From Bacteroidota bacterium (lineage in GTDB: Bacteria > Bacteroidota > Bacteroidia > NS11-12g > UBA955), in assembly GCA_947496065.1 (NCBI GenBank), contig CANMBF010000011.1, forward strand, positions 334 through 64,333: a stretch of 64,000 bases of DNA, written 5' to 3'. A program made the position numbers and the translations under genes. Within the stretch, counting starts at the first letter, position 1, and every line of letters starts with the position of its first letter. Below, in pieces: positions 10,805 to 19,081 of the stretch. A model generated the notes under the pieces. That model made no database searches. It saw only the letters and a program-made list of their open reading frames with translations, and was not told the DNA's origin.

Positions 10805-11548
10805 ATGGGTTTTCTAGATCAATTATTTTCTAAAAATGCAAAAATTGTTAATCCACTTAAATGGGATATGCACAGCCATATTTTGTTTGGAATTGATGAT
10901 GGATCGAAGACCCTAGAAAATTCTTTAGTGATGGCAAGAAAATTTGTTGACCTAGGTTATTCTAAAATTATAGCGACCCCTCATGTCATGACAAATTATT
11001 ATGAGAATACGTCAGAAATTATTCAAGAAAAAAAAGACCTTCTAAATGCAGCCTTAAAAACCAACGGCATTCCTTTGCAAATTGAGTTTGCTGCAGAATA
11101 TTATATTGATGAATATTTTTTGGAAAGGGTTAGAAATAGGGAAGCTTTGATGACTTTTAATAAGGAGTACATTCTTGTTGAAACTTCATTTTTAAATAAG
11201 CCCATTTTCTTTACAGAACTTTTATTTGATTTAAGAACCCAAGGTTATACGCCAATATTTGCCCATCCTGAGCGCTATGTATACTTGCAAAATGATTTCG
11301 AACAAGTCGAAAAAATTCTTGAATCCGGCATGAAGTTTCAAATCAATTTGCTTTCATTGGTTGGCTATTATTCGCCTAATGCTAAAAAACTCGCACAATG
11401 GTTGATTCAAAACGGACATTACAGTTTTTTAGGAACCGATGCGCATAGTATTAACCATCTTGAATTAATCAATGAAGTGTTTCAAAGTAAATTATTTAGT
11501 AAAATAGATTTTTCGAAAGTGATCAATTGCCATGAGTTGAAATCTTAA
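10805..11548 (+). CDS. PHP-family protein-tyrosine phosphatase (CpsB/YwqE type)
   Basis: WDMHSHILFGIDDG, ATPHV, AHPERY and GTDAH metal-binding motifs. Immediately downstream of the BY-kinase. Confidence 0.8.
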   Translation: MGFLDQLFSKNAKIVNPLKWDMHSHILFGIDDGSKTLENSLVMARKFVDLGYSKIIATPHVMTNYYENTSEIIQEKKDLLNAALKTNGIPLQIEFAAEYYIDEYFLERVRNREALMTFNKEYILVETSFLNKPIFFTELLFDLRTQGYTPIFAHPERYVYLQNDFEQVEKILESGMKFQINLLSLVGYYSPNAKKLAQWLIQNGHYSFLGTDAHSINHLELINEVFQSKLFSKIDFSKVINCHELKS

Positions 11549-13274
11549 CTAATTTCATGGAGATGGTATTTCCACTTGTTATAAAATAAATGCCGTTAGC
11601 TAAATCAGCGGTTTCAAGTGCAACATAATCATTAATTTTAATTTCCATTAGCAAGCTGCCAAATGAATTAAATAGTTTGATTGTTATAGGTTCAGTAGCA
11701 GAAATCAAGAGTTTGGAATTAAATGGATTTGGATAACAATTAAATGCATTGCTGTTAAAGTTATTTGTATTGATTTTACTAGAATAAACAATAGTTTCAC
11801 AATAGGCTTTTTCTGATGATTCTTTATAACGTATGATGGCGCCATTTTGGCCATTGTTAAATGGTTGGGGATATCCCAGTATAGGCCAATTACATTGTGG
11901 TGGCATAAAGGCTGGCTTCTGGCTTAAATAGAACGAAGTATCTGGTATTGTTAGAGTAATATTGGACTGTAGTTTATTTTTTACATTGTTATTGCTATTT
12001 ATATGGCCATTACCCGTTAAAATGAATTGGCCCATTAATAAGCCTGGGTTAGTAATCTCATTTGAAATAAAATTCTGAGAATCTTGATTGCTGCTTACAA
12101 TTAATCCATATAGCGCTGCCCTGTTTCTTAAGAAAGTATTAAATGGACCATTCTTACCATGGCTATTGTCTACAATAATATTTTGACAAATATTGCCTTC
12201 GAATAAATTATGATGTGCAAAGTTACCATGACAAACCAAATCGCCTGCAGCATCCTTAAATGCATTATCACTCCAATAAGGATCGCCTGAATAATTATAT
12301 GCACTTACATTGCCATTGGCGCCCGATTGAACCAATATGCTGTGCCTTAAATGATTAAATATAGAGTTTTCAACTAAGTTATCGCCACTTGTGTTTTGAA
12401 ATACGACACCATAACCTTGGCCATTTCCTCCATAGGCAAAAGCATGGTGAAAGTAACTTTGCAGAACTGAGTTATGACAACTGTTTTCAAATACAACATG
12501 ACCAAAATTGCAATTTTCAGATTCAACTCCTTTTACCATGCAGTTGAATGCATAGTTGAAATGGATGTTATGAGTTTGATTAATAGTGCTGTCTAAGCGA
12601 ACAATTTTCAAACATTCGATGGTTACATTTTGTATTGGTTTTAATGCCCGTGCATAGGTTGCACTCTCTTTCTTTATTTTAATGCGCAGTGGGGTAGTTG
12701 ATGTTAAAACACCTCGATTGGTGTCGCTTTGAGACGTCCTACAAATTTGCCCGATACAGCCCAGTGCCCAACTGCTAGATGCTAAGCTGCTATCATTGTG
12801 AAAAATTTGAATAATGGCGTTTTCTTCAGGCATATTTTTAGTGTCAAATGCCAATTGGTATATCCCACTGTTTCCGCCTAAGAAACTGTACTTTCTGGGA
12901 GCCAATTGACCCAAAATAGCAATACAATTTTTATTAGCACCCTTTAAGTTAAACGCCAATATAGTGCTTGCGCCAACACCTTTTAATGTTATACTGTCAC
13001 TTAATGTTAATGTATTGTCAAAAACATATTGCCCAGAACCAAATTGAATGGTGCCGCCATTCTTTGCTAGTAGACTCAATGCCTTTTTGAAGACTGTGTC
13101 ATTTGAAAACCCTTTTTTTGTACTGCCACCTATACTGTCAAAATTTAAAATTTGACGGTTATTAATCATCTCTATTTTCCCTGCATGACGCCAATCCGTA
13201 ATCCTTGGTGACGGCATTTGTGCATGCATTAAAACTACATTTAAAACAAACCAAAACTTAATTATTAATTTCAT
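11523..13274 (-). CDS. secreted right-handed beta-helix (pectate-lyase-fold) protein with T9SS C-terminal sorting domain
   Basis: Signal peptide. N-terminal GGTIQFGSGQYVF...ITLKGVG and repeated N/G/H-rich beta-helix rungs. C-terminus CYPNPFNSKL...ANGIYFI...KLVKI is a typical type-A T9SS CTD. Confidence 0.7.
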   Translation of the reverse strand: MKLIIKFWFVLNVVLMHAQMPSPRITDWRHAGKIEMINNRQILNFDSIGGSTKKGFSNDTVFKKALSLLAKNGGTIQFGSGQYVFDNTLTLSDSITLKGVGASTILAFNLKGANKNCIAILGQLAPRKYSFLGGNSGIYQLAFDTKNMPEENAIIQIFHNDSSLASSSWALGCIGQICRTSQSDTNRGVLTSTTPLRIKIKKESATYARALKPIQNVTIECLKIVRLDSTINQTHNIHFNYAFNCMVKGVESENCNFGHVVFENSCHNSVLQSYFHHAFAYGGNGQGYGVVFQNTSGDNLVENSIFNHLRHSILVQSGANGNVSAYNYSGDPYWSDNAFKDAAGDLVCHGNFAHHNLFEGNICQNIIVDNSHGKNGPFNTFLRNRAALYGLIVSSNQDSQNFISNEITNPGLLMGQFILTGNGHINSNNNVKNKLQSNITLTIPDTSFYLSQKPAFMPPQCNWPILGYPQPFNNGQNGAIIRYKESSEKAYCETIVYSSKINTNNFNSNAFNCYPNPFNSKLLISATEPITIKLFNSFGSLLMEIKINDYVALETADLANGIYFITSGNTISMKLVKISTHGN

Positions 13275-14550
13275 TTTTTTTGGTGCTTAAACTAATTAAA
13301 ATAATACCTAAGTAAATTGGAATAATTGGCATTGCAAACCTACTGCTGCCAATAGGCCCGGTAAGAATAAGAATATATACTGGAAAAAATAACAACAGAA
13401 ATTTATTGCCAATGCTTATGCCTTTTATAAAAATAAAACGAATGGCGATGATTAATTTGAAAAAATTACAAATAAGCAGGCCAATTAATATTATGCCTAG
13501 CGGATTCCTAAAATTATTAACAAGTGTGTTGAGATTATTTTTCTTGTTGGTTTCATACAACAAATTTTGAGTTTGAGGCAGATTGAAAAACTGAGTAATA
13601 TCAAATCTTCCAGGATCTAAAATACATAATATAACGCCTCGTAAATGTAAATAAATATAAGGTCCAAAATTAGCCATAATAATGGCGTTGGCGGCTTTAT
13701 TCTTAAACGTTTGTTGCTCCTTATAAGACCTTTGTTGATTGGCTTTAACACTAATATCGTCAATGATTAAATCAGCTTTATTTAAACCTTTTTCATGAAT
13801 TAACAATAGGTAAGCATTGTAATGCAAAAGGTTGATGGTGCTAATTGAAGAATATTGCTTCATTCCTGTTCTGTGTTCATTCCAATGCATGGTAGTTAAT
13901 ACAAATAATAGGGGCAACAAAGTAATCCCAATTAATTTCAATTGCAATACTTTTCGATTGTAATAAAGGGCGAGGATTGGAAATAACAATACCAAAAAAA
14001 TGAATACTGGTTTCAATGCTACACCAGCAATACAAAGCAATGATGCAAATAGATGCCACTTTGGATTTGATTGGTAAAATAAAAAATAATTGAGCAAGCA
14101 CATAATTACCAATTGTAGCCATATTTCACTCATAATTAAATTGGCATAAATAATTTGTGCAGGTGCTAATACAAATAGGATGATGGCCATTTTAAAATTT
14201 ATATTTTCAGTAAAATGAAGCATGAATTTCAACATCAGTTTTATATTAAAAAGACTAATAAGATTCTGAATAATGAGCAATAAACACAAAAAGACCTTAA
14301 TATTACCAAGACTTAGGCATTTAATCAATGCCAATATACTTGGAAACAGAATGGGGCGCTTGGTTAAATAGTCAGGATTAAAGGTACCGCTTAAATCCCA
14401 GCAGTAAAGTTGTTGGGCATTCAATAAATTATCTGCAGCAAATAAATATTCTTTTGAATCTTGTAATAAACTTGCTGATCCTAACACTTGTGTTAAAAAG
14501 AACACAACATGCAATCCAATGATAACTATCCAAAAAGTTTTTTTACCCAT
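13258..14550 (-). CDS. polytopic membrane protein, GT-C-like glycosyltransferase or Wzy-like polymerase (family uncertain)
   Basis: About 10-12 hydrophobic helices. First loop contains DSKEYLFAADN, reminiscent of GT-C acidic-loop motifs. Embedded between the GT4 and the beta-helix genes. Confidence 0.45.
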   Translation of the reverse strand: MGKKTFWIVIIGLHVVFFLTQVLGSASLLQDSKEYLFAADNLLNAQQLYCWDLSGTFNPDYLTKRPILFPSILALIKCLSLGNIKVFLCLLLIIQNLISLFNIKLMLKFMLHFTENINFKMAIILFVLAPAQIIYANLIMSEIWLQLVIMCLLNYFLFYQSNPKWHLFASLLCIAGVALKPVFIFLVLLFPILALYYNRKVLQLKLIGITLLPLLFVLTTMHWNEHRTGMKQYSSISTINLLHYNAYLLLIHEKGLNKADLIIDDISVKANQQRSYKEQQTFKNKAANAIIMANFGPYIYLHLRGVILCILDPGRFDITQFFNLPQTQNLLYETNKKNNLNTLVNNFRNPLGIILIGLLICNFFKLIIAIRFIFIKGISIGNKFLLLFFPVYILILTGPIGSSRFAMPIIPIYLGIILISLSTKKNEINN

Positions 14551-14554
14551 TGTG

Positions 14555-15673
14555 TTAAATTGTAGAATAGATAGACTCTAAAATTAATTGGTGTTTCTTA
14601 GGGTCGTGGTTCTCTATTATATTAGCCAAAGCGGCACTGCCTTTCTTTCGGACAATGCTTGGATTATTTAAAATTTCTAAAATAATAGCATATAATTGGT
14701 CTTCAATTTTTTGAATTAATTCATTAGGATTATTCAATTCTGCATCGTCACGTTGGTCTGTTTTAATATTAATTAGCCAACCTGTTTCTTGATTATTTAT
14801 TTCAGGCATGGCTCTTATATCTGTCGTAATTACAGGGCATCCTGCGGCTTGGGCCTCTAAAATGAAATAACCAAAGGTCTCAGCAATGCTAGGCAAAAGA
14901 GCGACATCTGTGTTTAAAAGTAATTTTTTAACAGCTTCATTGCTCATTGATTTAAAATGGGTGATATGGTTGGTGAATTTACCGATACATTGAACGACTT
15001 TTTCAAAATCTTGTTTGTTTGTTTTAGAAGCATAGTCGCCATAATTTAATGTACTTACAATATTTAAATGAACGGGTTTATTTTCATTAAATAGCTGCTC
15101 AAATACAGCCATGATGGCCTGCCCTCCTTTTCTGAAAAAATCGGCACCCACCATCGTAAATACAATGGTATTGCCAATGGCTTTTTTTTCTTCAATTGTG
15201 TTAATAAAATTGATCTGAGGAGGCAATAATACACGATTTTTTTGCATAATGACATTCAATAAATCTGGTCTATAGGCTTTAATGATATTGACCTGTCGGA
15301 TGGATGCTGACGTTGAAATTGCAATTAACTGAATGCAATTGTTTTTTGCAATGATTTCTAATCCTTTTTTGAATTCATTTGGTGAGTCATTCCAACGGGG
15401 TAGCACTGTTTCATAGGTTGTAATAAATGGTTGATTGCCTAAATGTATGACATTGAAAAAATGGTATAAGTTGCATCTATTCAAGCCCCAATCCATAAAG
15501 CTATTTAGCCATTTTCTATTGATTTTTCCTTTTATTCTAAAAAGAAAGAATGAGAGAAACTTATAAAAATCAATGGCCTTTTTAAATCGAAAATATTGAT
15601 ATTTATACCCTGCGAAGTTTCTGATTTCAGGATAGCTTAATGCATTTGTGCCTATCGTCTTTACTCTGTCCAT
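14555..15673 (-). CDS. glycosyltransferase family 4 (GT-B fold)
   Basis: C-terminal domain motif LLPSIAETFGYFILEAQAAGCPVITTD (E-x7-E region). Confidence 0.75.
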   Translation of the reverse strand: MDRVKTIGTNALSYPEIRNFAGYKYQYFRFKKAIDFYKFLSFFLFRIKGKINRKWLNSFMDWGLNRCNLYHFFNVIHLGNQPFITTYETVLPRWNDSPNEFKKGLEIIAKNNCIQLIAISTSASIRQVNIIKAYRPDLLNVIMQKNRVLLPPQINFINTIEEKKAIGNTIVFTMVGADFFRKGGQAIMAVFEQLFNENKPVHLNIVSTLNYGDYASKTNKQDFEKVVQCIGKFTNHITHFKSMSNEAVKKLLLNTDVALLPSIAETFGYFILEAQAAGCPVITTDIRAMPEINNQETGWLINIKTDQRDDAELNNPNELIQKIEDQLYAIILEILNNPSIVRKKGSAALANIIENHDPKKHQLILESIYSTI

Positions 15674-16590
15674 AATGTTTTAAAAAAATTTCCAATTGTG
15701 CCGCCAATTTCCATTAACCATGCAATGCCAACATGCACCATTATGCCGCCAAATATACTACCAGTATGGAAAGAAATAACACCTAAAATGATACCGCCAA
15801 AAAATGAACTAATAGCTTCACCAATTGGTTTGCCAAAATGAATTGAAAGATAAAAACAGGCCATTGGTAAAATAGAATTAATGCCGACATACCGAATAAA
15901 ACCTATGACAAGAAATCCCCTAAAGAATAGTTCGATGGATATAAAATCCATTCCGTAAAGGATTTCATAAAACCATTGCTTCCATTGCGGCGCTTTCATT
16001 GTTATTAAAACATTAACTCTCGGGTAATAAATTAAAAAGTCGCTAAGGCAACTAGCTAGTGCAATTAGGGGCACCATAAGTAGCAGTAATTTGAAATAAA
16101 TCTTTGGCTTATGATGTTTAAACGTCAACCCATACAGTGGTTTTTCATTTCGATCTGTGAAAAACCAAATGATGGTGATTGGAATAAATAAATATAAAAG
16201 TCTAAAAATATCGTTAAAAACAAACTGGTTGATTCTAATTTGTCCTTCTCTTGATAGATCCTCTACTAATTCATAGTGACCGTAATAGGTTGCTCTAAAT
16301 GCAAAAATTAAAAAACTTAAAAAGAGTAATACGACAAACCCAAGTTGTTTCCAAAACTTAAAATTATTGTAAAAAAAACTGTAGGACACGAATGCAAACA
16401 AGGAATGTATTGCATAAAGCATGACATAGCTAAAGTATTCTTTGGTGCCACTTAATTGACTAAAATAGGCTTGTAAGCCAAGGCCATAGTTAATGTAAAC
16501 ACTGCAACAACAAAATAGTAATATCAATAACCAATGGCCAAGTTTCTGTGACGCAATGAATTGTTTTATTTGTTTGATGATTATTCCCAA
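15661..16590 (-). CDS. CPBP family intramembrane glutamic endopeptidase (CAAX-protease-like)
   Basis: Multi-pass membrane protein with the ISIELFFRGFL (EExxxR-type) motif and a downstream H-containing helix (FHTGSIFGGIMVHVG). Confidence 0.65.
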   Translation of the reverse strand: MGIIIKQIKQFIASQKLGHWLLILLFCCCSVYINYGLGLQAYFSQLSGTKEYFSYVMLYAIHSLFAFVSYSFFYNNFKFWKQLGFVVLLFLSFLIFAFRATYYGHYELVEDLSREGQIRINQFVFNDIFRLLYLFIPITIIWFFTDRNEKPLYGLTFKHHKPKIYFKLLLLMVPLIALASCLSDFLIYYPRVNVLITMKAPQWKQWFYEILYGMDFISIELFFRGFLVIGFIRYVGINSILPMACFYLSIHFGKPIGEAISSFFGGIILGVISFHTGSIFGGIMVHVGIAWLMEIGGTIGNFFKTLWTE

Positions 16591-16593
16591 AGT

Positions 16594-17577
16594 TTAAACC
16601 AATAAATTGCAACCCCTTGTATCACTGTTGTCTAGGCGACCCAATACCTCGAATGTCCCATCTATAAATACTTTACCAATATCGGAAGTGGCGATAAATG
16701 AACAGGTGTTTAAATTTCCTAAATCAATAATATTGATGACGCCATTTTTTTGAACAGGTGCTTCACTAAAAGGGTCATTTATTTCTCTTGTTCTAATTTG
16801 CATCCATGGTGGGCATTGGTATCTGCCATTTTCAAAAGAATACGCCTGACTCATTAATTCGGTCATGCCATATTCGCCACCAATAGCATTTAATTGAAAG
16901 GCCTTTTTTAAGATTTGGTGTAATTCTTCTCGCACAATCTCTTTTCTTTTCCCTTTCATGCCACCAGTTTCAATAATTTGAGTGTATTTTAAGGCCATTG
17001 GAAATGACTCAGCAAAATCAAGTAGTGCATAGGTAACACCCCATAAAATAGTAGGAATATGATTAACCTCATTCGCTTGTATTTGTTCTGCTAACGCCGA
17101 ATAATTATACAAATAAAAGTTGCTTTCTCTAAATTCACTGGATTGAATAAAATGATTAATCTGAAAAACCAAAGATGAATTTTCCCTTTCTAAATAAGAG
17201 GGTAACAAAGCCAAATGGCAATATTTTGAAGACTTCTTGAAATGAAATTGGAAACTGTCATTAAACATTTGTGTGTACCATTTTTTAGATTTTACAAAAT
17301 GTCTGCTGATGCCAATTCCGCTTGTACTACTGCTTTCAAAAATAATTTCAGGCGCATATTGATTGGTTGTAATTTTAAAATATTTAAAAAAATCGATTGG
17401 TAAATAGGGAATATCTTCAAGCTTGTTTATCTTTGTTATGTCAGTTTTTAAAAAGTTCAGATATTGTCTGTAAACCTCACAATGCTCGCTTTGGTAGCGA
17501 AAAATCGCTATTGCCAAAGTTTCAAAATGATCGTTTGTAACATCCCTTATCGCTTTTTTAAACTGATTTAAAAGCAT
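16594..17577 (-). CDS. LuxE-like acyl-protein synthetase / adenylate-forming acyltransferase
   Basis: SSSTSG (P-loop-like AMP motif), ETGGMKG and EYGMTEL motifs. Length and N-terminus resemble the LuxE/PaaK-type proteins common in Bacteroidota. Confidence 0.6.
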   Translation of the reverse strand: MLLNQFKKAIRDVTNDHFETLAIAIFRYQSEHCEVYRQYLNFLKTDITKINKLEDIPYLPIDFFKYFKITTNQYAPEIIFESSSTSGIGISRHFVKSKKWYTQMFNDSFQFHFKKSSKYCHLALLPSYLERENSSLVFQINHFIQSSEFRESNFYLYNYSALAEQIQANEVNHIPTILWGVTYALLDFAESFPMALKYTQIIETGGMKGKRKEIVREELHQILKKAFQLNAIGGEYGMTELMSQAYSFENGRYQCPPWMQIRTREINDPFSEAPVQKNGVINIIDLGNLNTCSFIATSDIGKVFIDGTFEVLGRLDNSDTRGCNLLV

Positions 17578-18094
17578 GGCTCAAAAATATAGTATATTTA
17601 TAATCCTTTTTATTTTTATTGCAAGTTGTAAGCAAGAATTGAATAATGGTTCAATTATACCAGCCATTTCGATACAGAAGGTTGAACAATTGAAATTGAA
17701 TGGCAAAGACTCAGCAATCAATTTTGTTGTTGCATATGCGGATGGTGATGGTGACATTGGTCTAAATACGGATGACACACTGCCACCGTATAACGAAGCT
17801 TCACCATACTACAATAATCTTATTATTGAATTATTTCAGATTGTTGATGGAAAAGCTACTAAAATTGCCAAACCTGGTTTTCCTGGCGATTCCTTAAATT
17901 ACAACGAAAGAATAATTAATTTAACCCCAACGGGCAAATCAAAGTCAATTAGCGGAGAAATAAGACTATTGTTGAAAGCCTCGCCATACTTGGGAATTTT
18001 TCCTGACTCCATGTATTATACTTTCCAATTATACGACAGAGCTCTGCATAAAAGCAATAAAGTGCAAACACCAATTCTGCGTTTTGAATTTTAG
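17576..18094 (+). CDS. hypothetical lipoprotein
   Basis: MAQKYSIFIILFIFIASC lipobox. Contains a DGDGDIG motif. No family recognised. Confidence 0.5.
   Translation: MAQKYSIFIILFIFIASCKQELNNGSIIPAISIQKVEQLKLNGKDSAINFVVAYADGDGDIGLNTDDTLPPYNEASPYYNNLIIELFQIVDGKATKIAKPGFPGDSLNYNERIINLTPTGKSKSISGEIRLLLKASPYLGIFPDSMYYTFQLYDRALHKSNKVQTPILRFEF
17582..17589 (-). promoter_or_regulatory. candidate -7 element TATTTTTG 4 nt upstream of the LuxE-like start, inside the divergent lipoprotein gene
   Basis: The reverse complement of CAAAAATA at 17582-17589 is TATTTTTG, followed by AGCC and then the ATG (17577). This suggests a leaderless or near-leaderless transcript. Confidence 0.3.
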
Positions 18095-18143
18095 AACCAT
18101 ATTCTTAACTTAAGAAAGGAGGAAAGGGGTCAATAAATTTAGT

Positions 18144-18151
18144 TATATTTG
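18144..18151 (+). promoter_or_regulatory. candidate -7 promoter element TATATTTG upstream of nadK
   Basis: Exact TAnnTTTG, 11 nt before the ATG at 18163, which implies a very short leader. Confidence 0.35.
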
Positions 18152-18162
18152 TAAATATTATA

Positions 18163-19041
18163 ATGAAAATAGGACTATATTCAAAAGTAATTAATTCGGA
18201 CAAACAACTCTTTTTAGTTCAGGAGATTATCGATTTCCTAAAAGCAGAAGGTGTTTCAGTCTATTTCCACGAACATCTTGTCAATGAGTTTAAGAACTTT
18301 CATTTAGAGATTGATAATAGTCAGCTGTTTAATCAACTTTCAAGTCACAACAAATTAATTGATTATTTAATCTGCATCGGTGGCGATGGTACGATACTCG
18401 ATGCAGTTCAGATATTAGCAGATAGTGGCATCCCGCTCATTGGCGTTAATACAGGCAGGTTAGGATTTTTGGCAAATGTTAGTGCCAGTGGATTAAAAGA
18501 TGCATTCAGTCAACTTAAACGGGGAAGCTATTTAATTGACAAAAGAAATCTTTTGCAATTAGATAGTAATCAACCTTTATTTCAATTTAATTATGCAATG
18601 AATGATTTTGTTCTGCATAAAAAAGAAACAAGCAGTATGATAACAGTGCATGCTTTTTTGAATGGCGAACCACTGAATTCCTATTGGGCCGATGGCTTAA
18701 TAGTTGCAACACCCACGGGCTCTTCCGGTTATTCTTTGAGTTGCGGGGGGCCTATTTTATTTCCAAAATCAGGCAGTATTGTAGTAACACCAATTGCTCC
18801 GCATAATTTGAATGTTCGCCCTGTGATTATTCCAGATGATCAGGTCCTCAGTTTTGAAATTGAAGGCAGAAGTAATTATTTTCTAGCGAGCCTAGATAGT
18901 CGATCGGTTACCATTGACAATAAAGTACAAATAGCCATTAGGAAGGCTGATTTTTCAATAAATTTAGTGCGTTTTGAAGGTGATACCTATTTGAAAACTT
19001 TACGCAATAAAATGCTATGGGGAATGGACCATCGCAATTAA
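18163..19041 (+). CDS. nadK: NAD+ kinase
   Basis: GGDGT motif (ICIGGDGTILD), NDFVL, and the TPTGSSGYSLSCGGPI signature. Confidence 0.9.
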   Translation: MKIGLYSKVINSDKQLFLVQEIIDFLKAEGVSVYFHEHLVNEFKNFHLEIDNSQLFNQLSSHNKLIDYLICIGGDGTILDAVQILADSGIPLIGVNTGRLGFLANVSASGLKDAFSQLKRGSYLIDKRNLLQLDSNQPLFQFNYAMNDFVLHKKETSSMITVHAFLNGEPLNSYWADGLIVATPTGSSGYSLSCGGPILFPKSGSIVVTPIAPHNLNVRPVIIPDDQVLSFEIEGRSNYFLASLDSRSVTIDNKVQIAIRKADFSINLVRFEGDTYLKTLRNKMLWGMDHRN

Positions 19042-19081
19042 AATTTTCGATTTTGTAGCTAAAATTAATTAATTTTGTTAG

